64,000 bases of DNA from Ylistrum balloti (Eukaryota). The DNA is taken from NCBI RefSeq assembly GCF_031769215.1, contig NW_026782393.1, forward strand, positions 434,001 through 498,000, written 5' to 3'. A program made the translations under genes and the position numbers. The notes under the pieces are model-generated. The model was not told the origin of the DNA, ran no database searches, and saw only the letters and a program-made list of their open reading frames with translations. Shown piece after piece: positions 12,942 to 24,096 of the stretch. The stretch's first letter is position 1; every line of letters begins with the position of its first letter.

Positions 12942-14210
12942 TCATCTGTAAAACCTAATAGCAAATCCACTAATTAATCCAGTAACTACTATTTCCGTGG
13001 TCACGAATAAAGCATTGTCAATGAAATCGACAACGTCTTTCTTTTGTAGATCCGTCTTTTCATTCACAAAATGGTTTCCTTTGTCCTCAGATGCAATGTT
13101 GACATCGGGTTCTTCAGACATGTTTGAGCTAGAGTTATTTGCGATAGAATTTTTGTGAGCGAGTGATTTATTACAAAATATTTTCTTTTCTTTTTTCTTC
13201 AATCGCAATACGATTATTTTCAACCATTTTGGAAATTGCTTCGTATCAGTAACTGCATCCCAGCGTAGACTGAAAATTGTTAGTATTATCAGCACACAGC
13301 TGAGTAACATTGCGACAAGTAGAAAGTAGGAAATTCCCGCCATCGGTTCGGATACCTTTGGCATACTATCACTAACGATTGTCATGTATACAGCCAGAGA
13401 CAGAAACATAGTGATGCTGTAGGAGATTCTCTCACCAGATGCGGCCGGCAGAAGAAACACAAATGGATGCAGGAAACACAGTATATACACGGGCACTGCC
13501 ATTGACATCATGAAATATGCTGACCTTCTTGTCAAAATGATAGTATAAACGAGAGCACTGGTTCCGTTTTCATGTTCAGGAAACTTTCCCGGTGAGATGC
13601 TATCAACATTCCATTCACCATTTGGGCTTAAGAAACCGAGATCGAAGCTTGGGTCAAGATAGGAAAGTTTTATTTCTTTAGTGTAGTATCCCCAAGCTAT
13701 TAGAGACATATGACATGTCTGTGAGTCGGTAGGGAAGTTCGTCATATCAACAACACACGAACACTTAAACACCTTTCCTGGACTCACAAGCATTACACCA
13801 TGATTGTTTATTCTGATGTCAAAATCATTCATACTCAACCTTTCTATGTCTGCTGTAGAAGAGAACTGGAAAATTTTCGGTGTCCAAACCTTAGATGAAT
13901 TCACCATTATGCTCGGTATGCCACCGTAGCTGTCTGGTTGCCACATTAGCCGAATATCTGTCCACATCACATTTATTCCTCCACTCAGAATAAGAGACCC
14001 AGCCAATTCGTCAACGTCATGAACGGTGAGAATATAAAATGATACGTTAACAACAACTGAGTCCTCCCATTTCTTGGTGGGACGTATCTCTGTTCTATAG
14101 TTAGAGAACATGTCGTCCATCAGTCGAGTCATGTTTGCTATGTTACCAGTCACGTGTAGTATCACGTGACAATAAGATATTAATAGAATGATGATATCTG
14201 CTCCTTTCAT
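12942..14210 (-). CDS. nAChR-like Cys-loop ligand-gated ion channel subunit (non-alpha type), tandem paralog, 422 aa
   Basis: Signal peptide; Cys-loop CVVDMTNFPTDSQTC; M1-M4; SGERISY; no loop-C CC motif; colinear with the 10206-11459 paralog. Confidence 0.93.
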   Translation of the reverse strand: MKGADIIILLISYCHVILHVTGNIANMTRLMDDMFSNYRTEIRPTKKWEDSVVVNVSFYILTVHDVDELAGSLILSGGINVMWTDIRLMWQPDSYGGIPSIMVNSSKVWTPKIFQFSSTADIERLSMNDFDIRINNHGVMLVSPGKVFKCSCVVDMTNFPTDSQTCHMSLIAWGYYTKEIKLSYLDPSFDLGFLSPNGEWNVDSISPGKFPEHENGTSALVYTIILTRRSAYFMMSMAVPVYILCFLHPFVFLLPAASGERISYSITMFLSLAVYMTIVSDSMPKVSEPMAGISYFLLVAMLLSCVLIILTIFSLRWDAVTDTKQFPKWLKIIVLRLKKKEKKIFCNKSLAHKNSIANNSSSNMSEEPDVNIASEDKGNHFVNEKTDLQKKDVVDFIDNALFVTTEIVVTGLISGFAIRFYR

Positions 14211-14613
14211 TCTGAGAGGCTGTTACGTCTAACAAGATGTCAATACTTTGTGGCGGATTTACGACGACAGAATAGACCCACCTACCTCTAAAAAGAAAAC
14301 AAAAGTAATGTTTTAAGTCCCTGCGTTATTGAAACGATCTCAGCTGTAAGTCGCCTGATGTATGTCTTCAACTTTACTGACAAATCCTGTATAGACGAAA
14401 TAATTGTTATTTGAAAATTATTCTTATTTTGCTTTGCAACGTTTAAGTGTTATAAAATGTTTTATGGTTTTTAAATATATTTATGGAAAGAGAACCCAAA
14501 CAACAAGTAAAATACCGATAATGCAACAGAATGTTCATTCCAATTCAATGAAATTACTTGGCAATAAAATATCAATAAACTAAACTAAACTAATTCAATG
14601 AAACCAGGGCAAA

Positions 14614-14769
14614 ATATGAACAAAGGAATGATATTCTTGGAGACTCCTGAAAAAGTACAAGGAGAATGAGAGCAGGTGTTCCGGGCGAGTAAGTGTCTTC
14701 AGCTTCTATGTTGACACCGGCTATGTAAATCAAAGTAAGCAATGTCTAACTCAAATGAGAACAAGGTAA
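14614..14769 (-). repeat. Dispersed repeat, probably a Penelope-like element terminal fragment (copy 2)
   Basis: Similar to 5166-5333. Confidence 0.55.
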
Positions 14770-17389
14770 TGAAGGTGTCGGCTAGGTATTAATCGTCTCG
14801 AAAATTTTGATGTATGAATGTATTTTTATTTGAAAAATTATTATTTTTACGATAGTATCCATCATTAAAGTAAGCTACTCCTTAAAACATTAACACATAG
14901 AGGCTACTATTTAGTAAATAGAAATATGCAGTATATTCGAACTAAAATGTTGATACACAAAAGAAATCGTTAAACTTAATTAAGTGGTCGGCACTTTATG
15001 ATCTGTAAACAGTCTGTTGTTTATTACGTTCTATCTACCAAATTGTGGCTAATATTGTTTTCTTGTAAAACGTGTGTAATTTAAAAAAAACTTTTCAAAA
15101 ACTGCACAAATGATGAAAATTGTGTAATCAGTTGTTCTGTATTAGGAATAGTGATAAGAGGCCAATTACAGGACATTAAGGTATCCCAGATCAGGTTTTG
15201 TCCCATGCTCATCTGTTATCTTAGTATATATTTAATATTATTCAAAGTATCAAATAAAGGACAAAAATAAATAAACGAATAAAATAAATTTAGTTTATAA
15301 TTTAAAAAATCATGTATTGTATCACCAAACTACAATATAATACAATGTACATATAAATTGTATTCACACTGTCGATCACCCTTGCTTAACAGCTATGTCC
15401 AGATTCTATCTCACCCTGTTAAATATATAGCGGAGTAGCTTTTTCTATATCAATATCCATTATGTAAGACTAAATTTGTAGTTAGTTTACATGAGTATTT
15501 TTTATATTCGAATGAAATGAAGTCGCTTACCTTCTGATTATCTGCTGGTTTTTGCAAGAATTCCTTTCGGCATCATTTCAAAATGCTTCTTTAAACAGAT
15601 ATGTCCACCAATCAGAGGCGACCAATAATCAATTAGCTTTACAAACTGTGTCTACCACACGTTGCTATCATCACTTTAAAACTGATATCGACTAATTTTA
15701 TTTGCTTTATACGACTGTCTGTTAGTATGATATCGGGATCACTTCTAATGTGGTTGGACGAAAGATTCTACAAATAACTCACAAGTGAATGGCACCTTTT
15801 CATAATTTAGAGTGAGATACAGTAGAGCCAAACAATGAATTAAACTAAGGACCTGAATTCTGAAGCCTAAGAAGCGACTAATGAAAAATGTGATCAAAAG
15901 GTAAATCCAAATCTAGACAAGGAGATGTAGCAGACCCATAATTGAATAAATAAATATGTCCTTTCGGGATCAAAATGGGTGTAGTGGATTAAATTTGTAA
16001 CATTTCTTAGCACCATCCTTGTAAAGAACAAACGTATAACATTTTGCAGGTCGGTAGTTTTACTTTAGAATACTTAAGCTTGCTCGTTCACTAATATTCA
16101 TTTTTGTTTTACACAACCATTAAGTTTTTTGAAGAACACAGAACTATTGTGTTCATAGACATGGTGTGATTCAACAAGAAGCCTTTCATCACCGAGACGT
16201 TGAATAACAATTATAGTGTTGTGTGTAGACACACCTTGAATTACAAATAGTATGTTGCAGAAAGTGCCATTTAATTTCTATTGCAAACAACACGTTTGCC
16301 TGTCAAGATGACAAATGGGGCGTTTTCTTCTTTGTTTAAATATGTCTGCTTCTGTAGTCCAAAAGGTATCCAGTTGCAATCATACACTTATAGTTCAATT
16401 GTTTGTATAACCCTGTGGTAATGGAACATTTTGAGTAGGACTTTACAGAATCAAAGTTATCACATCAGAGTAAACACCACACAGTGACAACCATGGGTAT
16501 AATTCTCCATTCAGTCTCTAATATGGTATAATGAGGCATACCGGAACAAATTGTTTGAGATCAAAGTCAGCCCCTTTAGTTGCATACAATTTACATCAAT
16601 GAAACTAAGACCTTACATGGGGCTCTTGAATCAAATCATATTATGTTACCTTAATGTAGTATTGACATTGTTTCACGACAAATTCGAAAACAAATATATT
16701 TATATGTCGACGTTTGAATAAAGACAATGGCGTCAAGAACACATTAAAACAAAGGCTATTTGATATGTCAATTCGAATGTCCCTTCGTCAGGCCCACTTA
16801 TAACTTCTATCAGTGTACAATGCTGAATGATGGGCGTTATAACAATGTGGTTAAATCGGCATTTCGATTTAATGTGATTATTTAGCATATACATTACAGT
16901 TTACACTTATATGTTTATTTCCCATATGTAAATTTCCCAATCCTAGTAGTAATAAACATGTTACAGGTAATTCATATTCAAGTAATTATTCCAAATACCA
17001 CATAGATAAATAGTAAAAAGTATTGTCACTTACATCCGTATGCTATGACGTCACCTCACCTAAATAAAAAAAATCGGGACTTTACACTCAGAATTACGTA
17101 CTTTGAGAATTGCTTGGTCTGACAATAACGTATCCCTTGGTGCTTAATGTAGTCCCATTGACAAATGAAAAGCAATTCAAATTATAATGACACTATGAAT
17201 TATCTAAAGGGAAAAAGGTTAGGTCCAGATCTTCGACTAATATAGATATGGTGTCATTTCCATTAGTGTTAACAGGTATTATAGGTTATCGACCTTGCAA
17301 TGTAAACTGAAATACAATTACTTGTTTGTTCAGCAATAAATTCTTGTGTTAAACGCATATTCACCAGATCAATGTGGAGCAATAGTCAT

Positions 17390-17890
17390 TTTACACTGTC
17401 CACGCCTCTTTCATGGATGACTTTGTTTTCATAAGAGGCTGCATTTATCGAAGAGCTTATCAAAGCAGGTTACAAAGACGTTGCGAAAATCTCAAATGTC
17501 ACTCGACCATGTTAATCCCACCAGAAATGTAAATTAAGGAAAAGACAGACTTTTCTATATCAGCCGCTTATCTCGACCTTTTCCTACAACGAAACCAACA
17601 TGGACAGCTTTCCACCAAGCTGTAAGATATGCCTGATCATGGATTTCTATTTCCGATTGTAAATTGTCCATTACTGTAAAGCAATATTTCTGCATCCCAA
17701 ACCTGTCGCTATAATTATAACACTGGGAAATATTATATTACTTTGTGCGATATGAAGTTTGTGTTTGATGCTCGTTAGTATATCTGGTGATTCCTACTGT
17801 TAACCTAGTTCTCAAATGTAAACATGGCATTACTTGCTTGGACTGACTGAGAACCAGAAGTCGCTTCTCCCTCCGGAACACAATTTATCA
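17390..17890 (+). mobile_element. Penelope-like retroelement reverse-transcriptase remnant
   Basis: Translation with stops TLFS*EAAFIEELIKAG...PEM*IKEKTDFSISAAYLDLFLQRNQHGQLSTKL*D...FPIVNCPLL*SNISAS matches the PLE RT pattern ELEIKDTT..SASYLDL...GRLSTKLYDKRDDF.FPIVNFP.L.SNIP. Confidence 0.85.
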
Positions 17891-18899
17891 TGAGTCTCTG
17901 TGTAAAATCTTTCTTTTGCTCATACTTTACTATAGTTTCAAATTTCAAGTTTTGATTAACAGGTTATACTCATATATAATTATTCGCCCCCTCACTAGTT
18001 CGACAAAGGGAAGTAATTCTTGGTATATAGCCGATCAGAACACCTCGCAAGGGTATTCCGAATGTGAGTTTATAGAATATCGATAGTCAGCACCATCGGA
18101 AGAAGCCATTGATACCTATTACTATCATTGATTATGTTTGAGTGGTCTGTCTAAAGCACTGGGATAAAATAAAACAAAGTAAAGCTATGATCTCTGTGTA
18201 CATTGTAAATGTGTTATTGATTTGTATTGTATCCTATCTTGTTTCCTGATGGGTTTTATATTTGGTTTGGGTAACGTCCATTTTGAATAATATTTAGGTT
18301 CGATTCATTTATCTCTAAGGCCCATCAGATATATCCAATTATTTCATTTATCATAACATGCGAATGTAGAAGATGCGAACAGTTTGACAGTCCAATATAT
18401 GCATACCATTAAACTAAAATATCACACTTATTCCCGTTGCAACAAACTATGGTCAAAAATGTTTTTCTTTTAAGTTAACTGCAGTTCCTCCTCGACAGAA
18501 AATGTAAGATCCTAGGTGTCATCATCAACTTCATAATTCCTGTCAAGTACTTTTAAGTCGCTTTCAGCTTCGCAAGCCATTTGATTCCACCAAAGGCCCT
18601 GCTGAGAATAAACTGATGATATTCTAGTTCACTTGACACCGTTCGACCCCGCCTAAGCATTTGGGTGTCAAAAATGGTCAAGATGTGCATAATAAATCTA
18701 TCTAATTTTCAAGTATTTTTTAAATAGAAATAAACAAATTTTACTCAAAAATGCATTTTTTTTACATAAACTATCGTAACCATTACCCACTTAAGACAAA
18801 ATGGGTGACTCTAGGGTACAGAAACTGAGCACACAGTGTATATTTTTTTCATATTTCAATCTGTTGGTCATTCCCTGATCAGGCCCCTGAGAAATGTAG

Positions 18900-19070
18900 G
18901 CTGTGTAATTCACTTTTCTGTTTTGTCTTTGGTAATGGAAGGCTTCCACAAAATTTAATTGAAATTGGTTTTGGAGTTCAATTGTTTACGGACGGACGGA
19001 CGATGCACGACGCCGGACAAAAAACCATTGTCATGTTTCACTTGATACGAAACTCAAGTGACCTTAAATC
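18900..19070. mobile_element. Helentron-type non-autonomous element (HINE) end fragment
   Basis: (ggac)n microsatellite followed by the hairpin tcacttga-tacgaaac-tcaagtga. Confidence 0.55.
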
Positions 19071-19089
19071 TACTGCATTGTTGTTTTAT

Positions 19090-20280
19090 GTTTATGACCT
19101 ATGAGGAAATCTTGTACTTAACATCTCCTTCAGGTACAATGACTAACGCGAAGAGATGAAAACCATGTTCCGAACAAATTTTGAAAATCTACTTTGGAAA
19201 ACTAAATATATCAAAGGAAATGTCAGCGAAAACCGATAGTGTTCTACCAGTGACATTTTAGACGTTGGCAATCATTCAGGGACAATTACTCTCAGCGCTG
19301 GATTGGTTGTTTCCACCAATTCCCAATTGTCATAAGAACCTTAGAATATCAGTGTAACAGAGACCATTATTTATTTCAATGCCTCCGCTAGGAATCGAAT
19401 CCAGGACCCCTGACTTACTATTTATTAGCCGAGTGGAATATTGCGGTTAGTATTTTACCAAGGTTACATCAGGGATAACACATGATATCGGGAATTCCTG
19501 AAAGATTAGGAGACTTTCCTCATTTCTGTTATTATGTACTCTAGATAACGGAGATGTTTGGTTCGGAACAATTCGACGTGTGATGAAATGCCTCTAATTG
19601 TTCTGAAGCAAGGTCCGTCCTGACAGCAACAAATATAGATGCTGTCTATGATCAGGCCGTGAGTTGTCATTTTTAGTAACACTATTGAAGACGGAAAATT
19701 TCATTCCTGAATTGTATATTCAAAACTGCAGCAAAATCTAAAGGGGAAACATTTTGTCATGCACGCGATCATGGGCTACAATAGAAGCTTGCCGAATCAG
19801 AAAGGGGTGATTTATTATTTCATTCTGCTGGCCTTCCCATGTATGTTTTCTTTCTTCAATGTTCAAATGCTCTGTATATTGCAAATAGTTTTGAATTTCC
19901 TTCTATGCTAACACGTTCCTAATCAATCCACTCTCGTTGGCAGCTTTCCAATTCTCCAAATTAGATCCACTACACGTGGAAACTGGGAAGATTGTTAGGA
20001 GTCGTCCTATTGGCACGAGAGAAAGAAATAGTGCTCACAATGTCGAGTCTGGCGATTTCGTCCTGTATGCCCGTCAATGTTCCATAGTCGCGGCAGAATT
20101 CAGCACTTTTGGAGGATGTTTTAGACTAGTTCCAGAATACCATTTACAAAATTTCAATGAGACAAAATACTGTGATATAGAGTAGGTTCTCAAAATCTGA
20201 GCGAGTCCCAATGGAAAAGTGCAGTCCAGGACTCAATTATCATTCCAAAATATCCCTGATAATTCTAGAATTCCTTTGAG
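19090..20280 (+). pseudogene. Heavily decayed third nAChR-like paralog, in the opposite orientation
   Basis: Colinear remnants in different frames: ILDVGNHSGTITLSAGL (19255), LDNGDVW...C (19541-19591), IMGYNRSL..IYYFHSAGLPMYVFFL (19768-19857), ISFYANTFL (19895), IVLTMSSL (20028). Spacing matches the intact paralogs. Confidence 0.7.
19380..19420 (-). mobile_element. tRNA-derived SINE head fragment inserted in the pseudogene
   Basis: Reverse complement contains B-box-like GGATTCGATTCC within agtaagtcaggggtcctggattcgattcctagcggaggca. Confidence 0.5.
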
Positions 20281-21104
20281 GTCTCAAAATAAGTCAAATT
20301 CACTAATCTATTAGATAAAAAGAAAGTTTCAATTTTAACACGGAAACACAACAGATACGTAAGGGTGTAACGAGACAGGGGTATGTAATGATGGTAAATG
20401 TTTCTCAACGTGCACCTTTCCTGACCACAGATATGTTAACTTCGAGGAAAAAGCAGATTTACTATGAATTCATGGTCTGGGCAATGATGCATCTTAATTT
20501 GATCACAATTCACTGACTAGCAGGTTACCCAAGGTCAGGATTCTGGTATCTATGCTTTCTCATGAAACATGTTTTGTACTTTTAATTCATTAGAACACAC
20601 ATATAGAAGCACATGTATATATATATATTTTTAAGTATCCGGTATCGAAATTATGAAATTATTGAAATGATGCGGTAATTATATCTCCTTACATTTCGAC
20701 TACTTCGGATTGCACGATCGTTTGATTAAAGTTTTTGCTTTATCAAATGTTTGTGCCAATAGCAATATTGTAAAAGGGACACTAAAAACTGTAGACTGAC
20801 ATTTCTTTGATCTCATCAAAATAAAGTCCATCCAAATAAACCCAACCACCATTTTCAGACTTAACTAATTTTTTCTAGCTGCCGGGAACAACACAAATCA
20901 AAGTCCAAGGGAGATAACTCTTACACAGTAATCCCATTCCTGTGCCGACTAAATCTCTCGAAATTTTTATTTAGCATATTCATTACTTTGAACAGGGTTA
21001 GTTCGTAGTTTGCCCAGCTAAGACTTTTTTCTTTTCTTTTACAATCCAGCAAGATGAAGGTACATCTATAAAAACCATGTTGTTTTGTAGTCAGCCAAAA
21101 TACA

Positions 21105-21450
21105 ACAAGAGTGCCGTAGACACTGAACTCCGCCACAAAATATAAAGGTCAAGATTGGTCCTTTTAATTATCGCTTTTTACATGTCTGTATACATTAGCT
21201 CAAAATGAAGTCTGTGAGACCAGTAAGCTTAGCTGGAAGAGACAGGGACCCGAGATCATAAATCTTACAAAAATCAAAGAACCGAAAAATCGTCCCTTTA
21301 TGCACATCTACCCGTTGTAGTAGCGATATTGAGCAAGTTTCATGAAAATCTGACGATTAGTTCAGGAGTTGCGTTCACAAGAAATGGATGTACAGACAGA
21401 CGGAGAAGATGACGCCAATATACGACCGTCTCCGGCAGCGTATAAAAAGA
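21105..21450. mobile_element. Helentron-type non-autonomous element (HINE) remnant
   Basis: Starts aacaagag, carries the caagtttcatgaaaatc / ggagttgcgttcacaag core and (agac)n, and ends cgtataaaaa. Confidence 0.55.
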
Positions 21451-21784
21451 ATTGTAGTTGAGTGTACAGGTTACCTAACAATCCTCACATAGTTGGATTT
21501 GGTTTTAGTAAAGGTGTATATTTGCAGTTTCATTGATAACTTTTCCTCTCGAAATCTACTACATATAAATGCATTACTACAATTCATGTTTTTTTTCCAT
21601 GGATGTCTATTTTTGTGGATCAAAAGTTGCTATAATTTCAATGCTTATGTAATACCAACAAAATCAATGATTTTACATATGTCAGCTCAAGTAAAACAAA
21701 AACGTACACTGTTTTCCCATCAAAGGTGACCTTTATTAATTTAATGTTTTGCCACCAAGACAAGACCAGTCCCTAAATTCACAT

Positions 21785-21993
21785 CTAAATCATCCTCCTG
21801 AGCAGGGGGTTAATCTGTGTGTCCCGACAGCCGAAGTCTCCACCATCGTTGTAGTGGTTGTATTTCCTTCTCCAGCCACCGTTGGGCGTGTTCATCTTAA
21901 AGTGCCACATAAAGTTTGTTGCAGCTTTGAAGTTGGGTCCGACAGTGTAGATCTCATGGATCAGATCTTCCATACAGATGATGCCATATTGAC
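21785..21993 (-). CDS. RPL7: 60S ribosomal protein L7 (uL30), exon 6
   Basis: Acceptor ttcttctgtag; (G)[68 protein letters not shown]; AATAAA at 21737-21732. Confidence 0.97.
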
Positions 21994-22528
21994 CTACAGA
22001 AGAAGAAGAAAAAACTATTTTGATGTATCTATAAGTTATTTTCAATCTGTTCTGATGTGGTCTCATGTCTTTGAGCGAGAAACTCTACCTTAATTACTTT
22101 GGTACAAATTTTTTTTTTTTTGAAGAGTCAAGGTCCATGATAAAAAAAAGTGACAACTATTATGACAAAACACTCATTTGTTGTTCTGACAAGTAGATTT
22201 TGCGGATGGACGAGTGATTTTTATTGGCGACTAGTCGGTCAGATGAGTAACTAATGAGTATCTAATAATGAAAATCACAAAAAATGTTCAGTACATCACC
22301 AGGAAAGTTTGTAACTGCCGGACACAACAAAGGAGTTTCTTGTCCAGACATGTGCTTTTCGCAAGGATATATGTTGGATCCGAGTGTTCAAATTGAACAT
22401 TCCAGATAAACTATTAGATAGCAAAATAATTTGGGATGTAAACAATAAAGAATGTCTATTAAACTCCTAAAATCTGTTTTTATTGTGGTATCCCTTCGAT
22501 ATCAATTATCACTTCTTAATTTACGTAC

Positions 22529-22638
22529 CTAATTGTTTCTCGATGATAGAGTTGTCAGTAAGTGGGATTCTCCTACCATCAACCTTGGCATAACCACGCT
22601 TGTAAACAAGCTCTTTCACACTCTTCAGGTTTGGGTAT
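22529..22638 (-). CDS. RPL7: 60S ribosomal protein L7, exon 5
   Basis: ttgtttcag acceptor, gtacgt donor; [36 protein letters not shown](G). Confidence 0.97.
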
Positions 22639-23041
22639 CTGAAACAAAAGATGATACAAATAATTGTACATCAAAACAAAAAGGATGCAATAATTTTAAA
22701 TGATATCCTCCAAAGGGCTGTACCTATGTAATTTTACATCCAGGGAAACTTTAGACAGAACTCTTTCCTAAAACTTCCTCAAACTAAATACTATAAAATT
22801 GAAATTGCTTGAATTATGTACCAAAACAATCCACATTTAAATAAAACAAGAAACCCAGTAACAAATATATATACTTTATAAACAAAACTGTGCGAGTTCT
22901 GAATGAATTTATGACATATTCAAGATATCCTTTTCTTTTCTAGGAAAAAAGGTCCATAAAGAATTTTTTTATGTAATACCATGTCCTACAAAACGATTTA
23001 CTTCTGAACAATTCAAAATTTACATCAAGCTATCAATTTTC

Positions 23042-23118
23042 TTGTTCATCCATCATAACAAAATTGAGTCATCACTTTCATTAAGAAGACATTTGGTACT
23101 AATCACGTAGATGAACAA
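23042..23118 (-). ncRNA. Intronic box C/D snoRNA candidate, copy 1
   Basis: Host-sense 77 nt: terminal stem TTGTTCATC/GATGAACAA, C=GTGATTA, D'=ATGA, C'=GTGATGA, D=ATGA. Confidence 0.7.
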
Positions 23119-23707
23119 AATGTGTTGAAGCCAAGTAACAAGGCATTCTTCCCATATATTACATCTGAAGGTCCTTCATGTGTTTCTCTGAATCTTGTTT
23201 CTAAAGTGATCAATCTACCATTTATTTTGCAATTCCTTTTAAACTTTATTGCTGAAATAATTGATCACAAAATGTACAATTCAAGTATTTTTAAAAATTC
23301 TACCAGTCCCAACCAAATTCTACAAAGACAGGACATGTAGATTTATCACAATTTCAATGCAAGAAGTTTGATTTGGAAATCTATCTACAGGAAGAAAGCA
23401 CACTAAAACTCCAGTACCCTTATCAAGTATATTTATGTAGAAAGCAAATATAATAATACCAATAATAGGTTATTTAAATTTTTTTGTGTAGGTTTGAACA
23501 TTCAACAGAAGACATATGCATTTATATATTTATAGCGAGTTTCAAAATAGTGAGTTTCAAAATATTTAAAACATGACTGTTAAAACATGCCAAAATGTTA
23601 TTATCAAACAATTCACTTTACTATTGCTGAATATATGCTGGGTCTTCATCAGATATTTGCTGGTAAATAATTTTCTCTAATATTCTCTAAGCTGTGCAAT
23701 ATTTCAA

Positions 23708-23790
23708 TGTTTGTTCATCCATCATAACGAAATTGATTCATCAGTTTCATTAAGAAGACATTTGGTGCTAATCATGTAGATGAACAAACA
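23708..23790 (-). ncRNA. Intronic box C/D snoRNA candidate, copy 2
   Basis: Same architecture with a 12-bp terminal stem TGTTTGTTCATC/GATGAACAAACA; 5 differences from copy 1 over 77 nt while the flanks are unrelated. Confidence 0.7.
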
Positions 23791-24096
23791 TGCGAACACA
23801 TAAGAAACTATATTATCAAAGGTGATCTATTAAATGAAAGAATACATCTGTTTTGCTTTCAAATCTTCAAAATGTAGTACCCACATGTGATTTGTTTTGG
23901 AAAGCCTGCTCAGACATTTTCCAAAAACGTAATGGAGCAGATAACAAGACTTTACTAGGAACGAAATAAGACAGTAAATGATCTGGAGCTTGCATGCTTT
24001 CTGACACGCATAGCCCATGTAGACTTCAATCACTAACACCTCAGCATAAGTTTTTAGTGATACTTGCAGTCTTAGCATAGGTTTTGTGATACTTAA

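Noticed and set aside
16540-16600. Minus-strand FDLKQFVP...NGE and TEWRII fragments as a fourth receptor remnant
   Set aside because: The motifs are in different frames with wrong spacing and there are no colinear flanking motifs.
19937-20185. 82-aa plus-strand ORF as an independent gene
   Set aside because: It starts at TTG and overlaps the decayed receptor pseudogene, whose M3 remnant is in another frame.
22300-22410. Two hairpins plus ACA in RPL7 intron 5 as an H/ACA snoRNA
   Set aside because: The hairpins are too short (about 30-40 nt) and have no clear pseudouridylation pocket.
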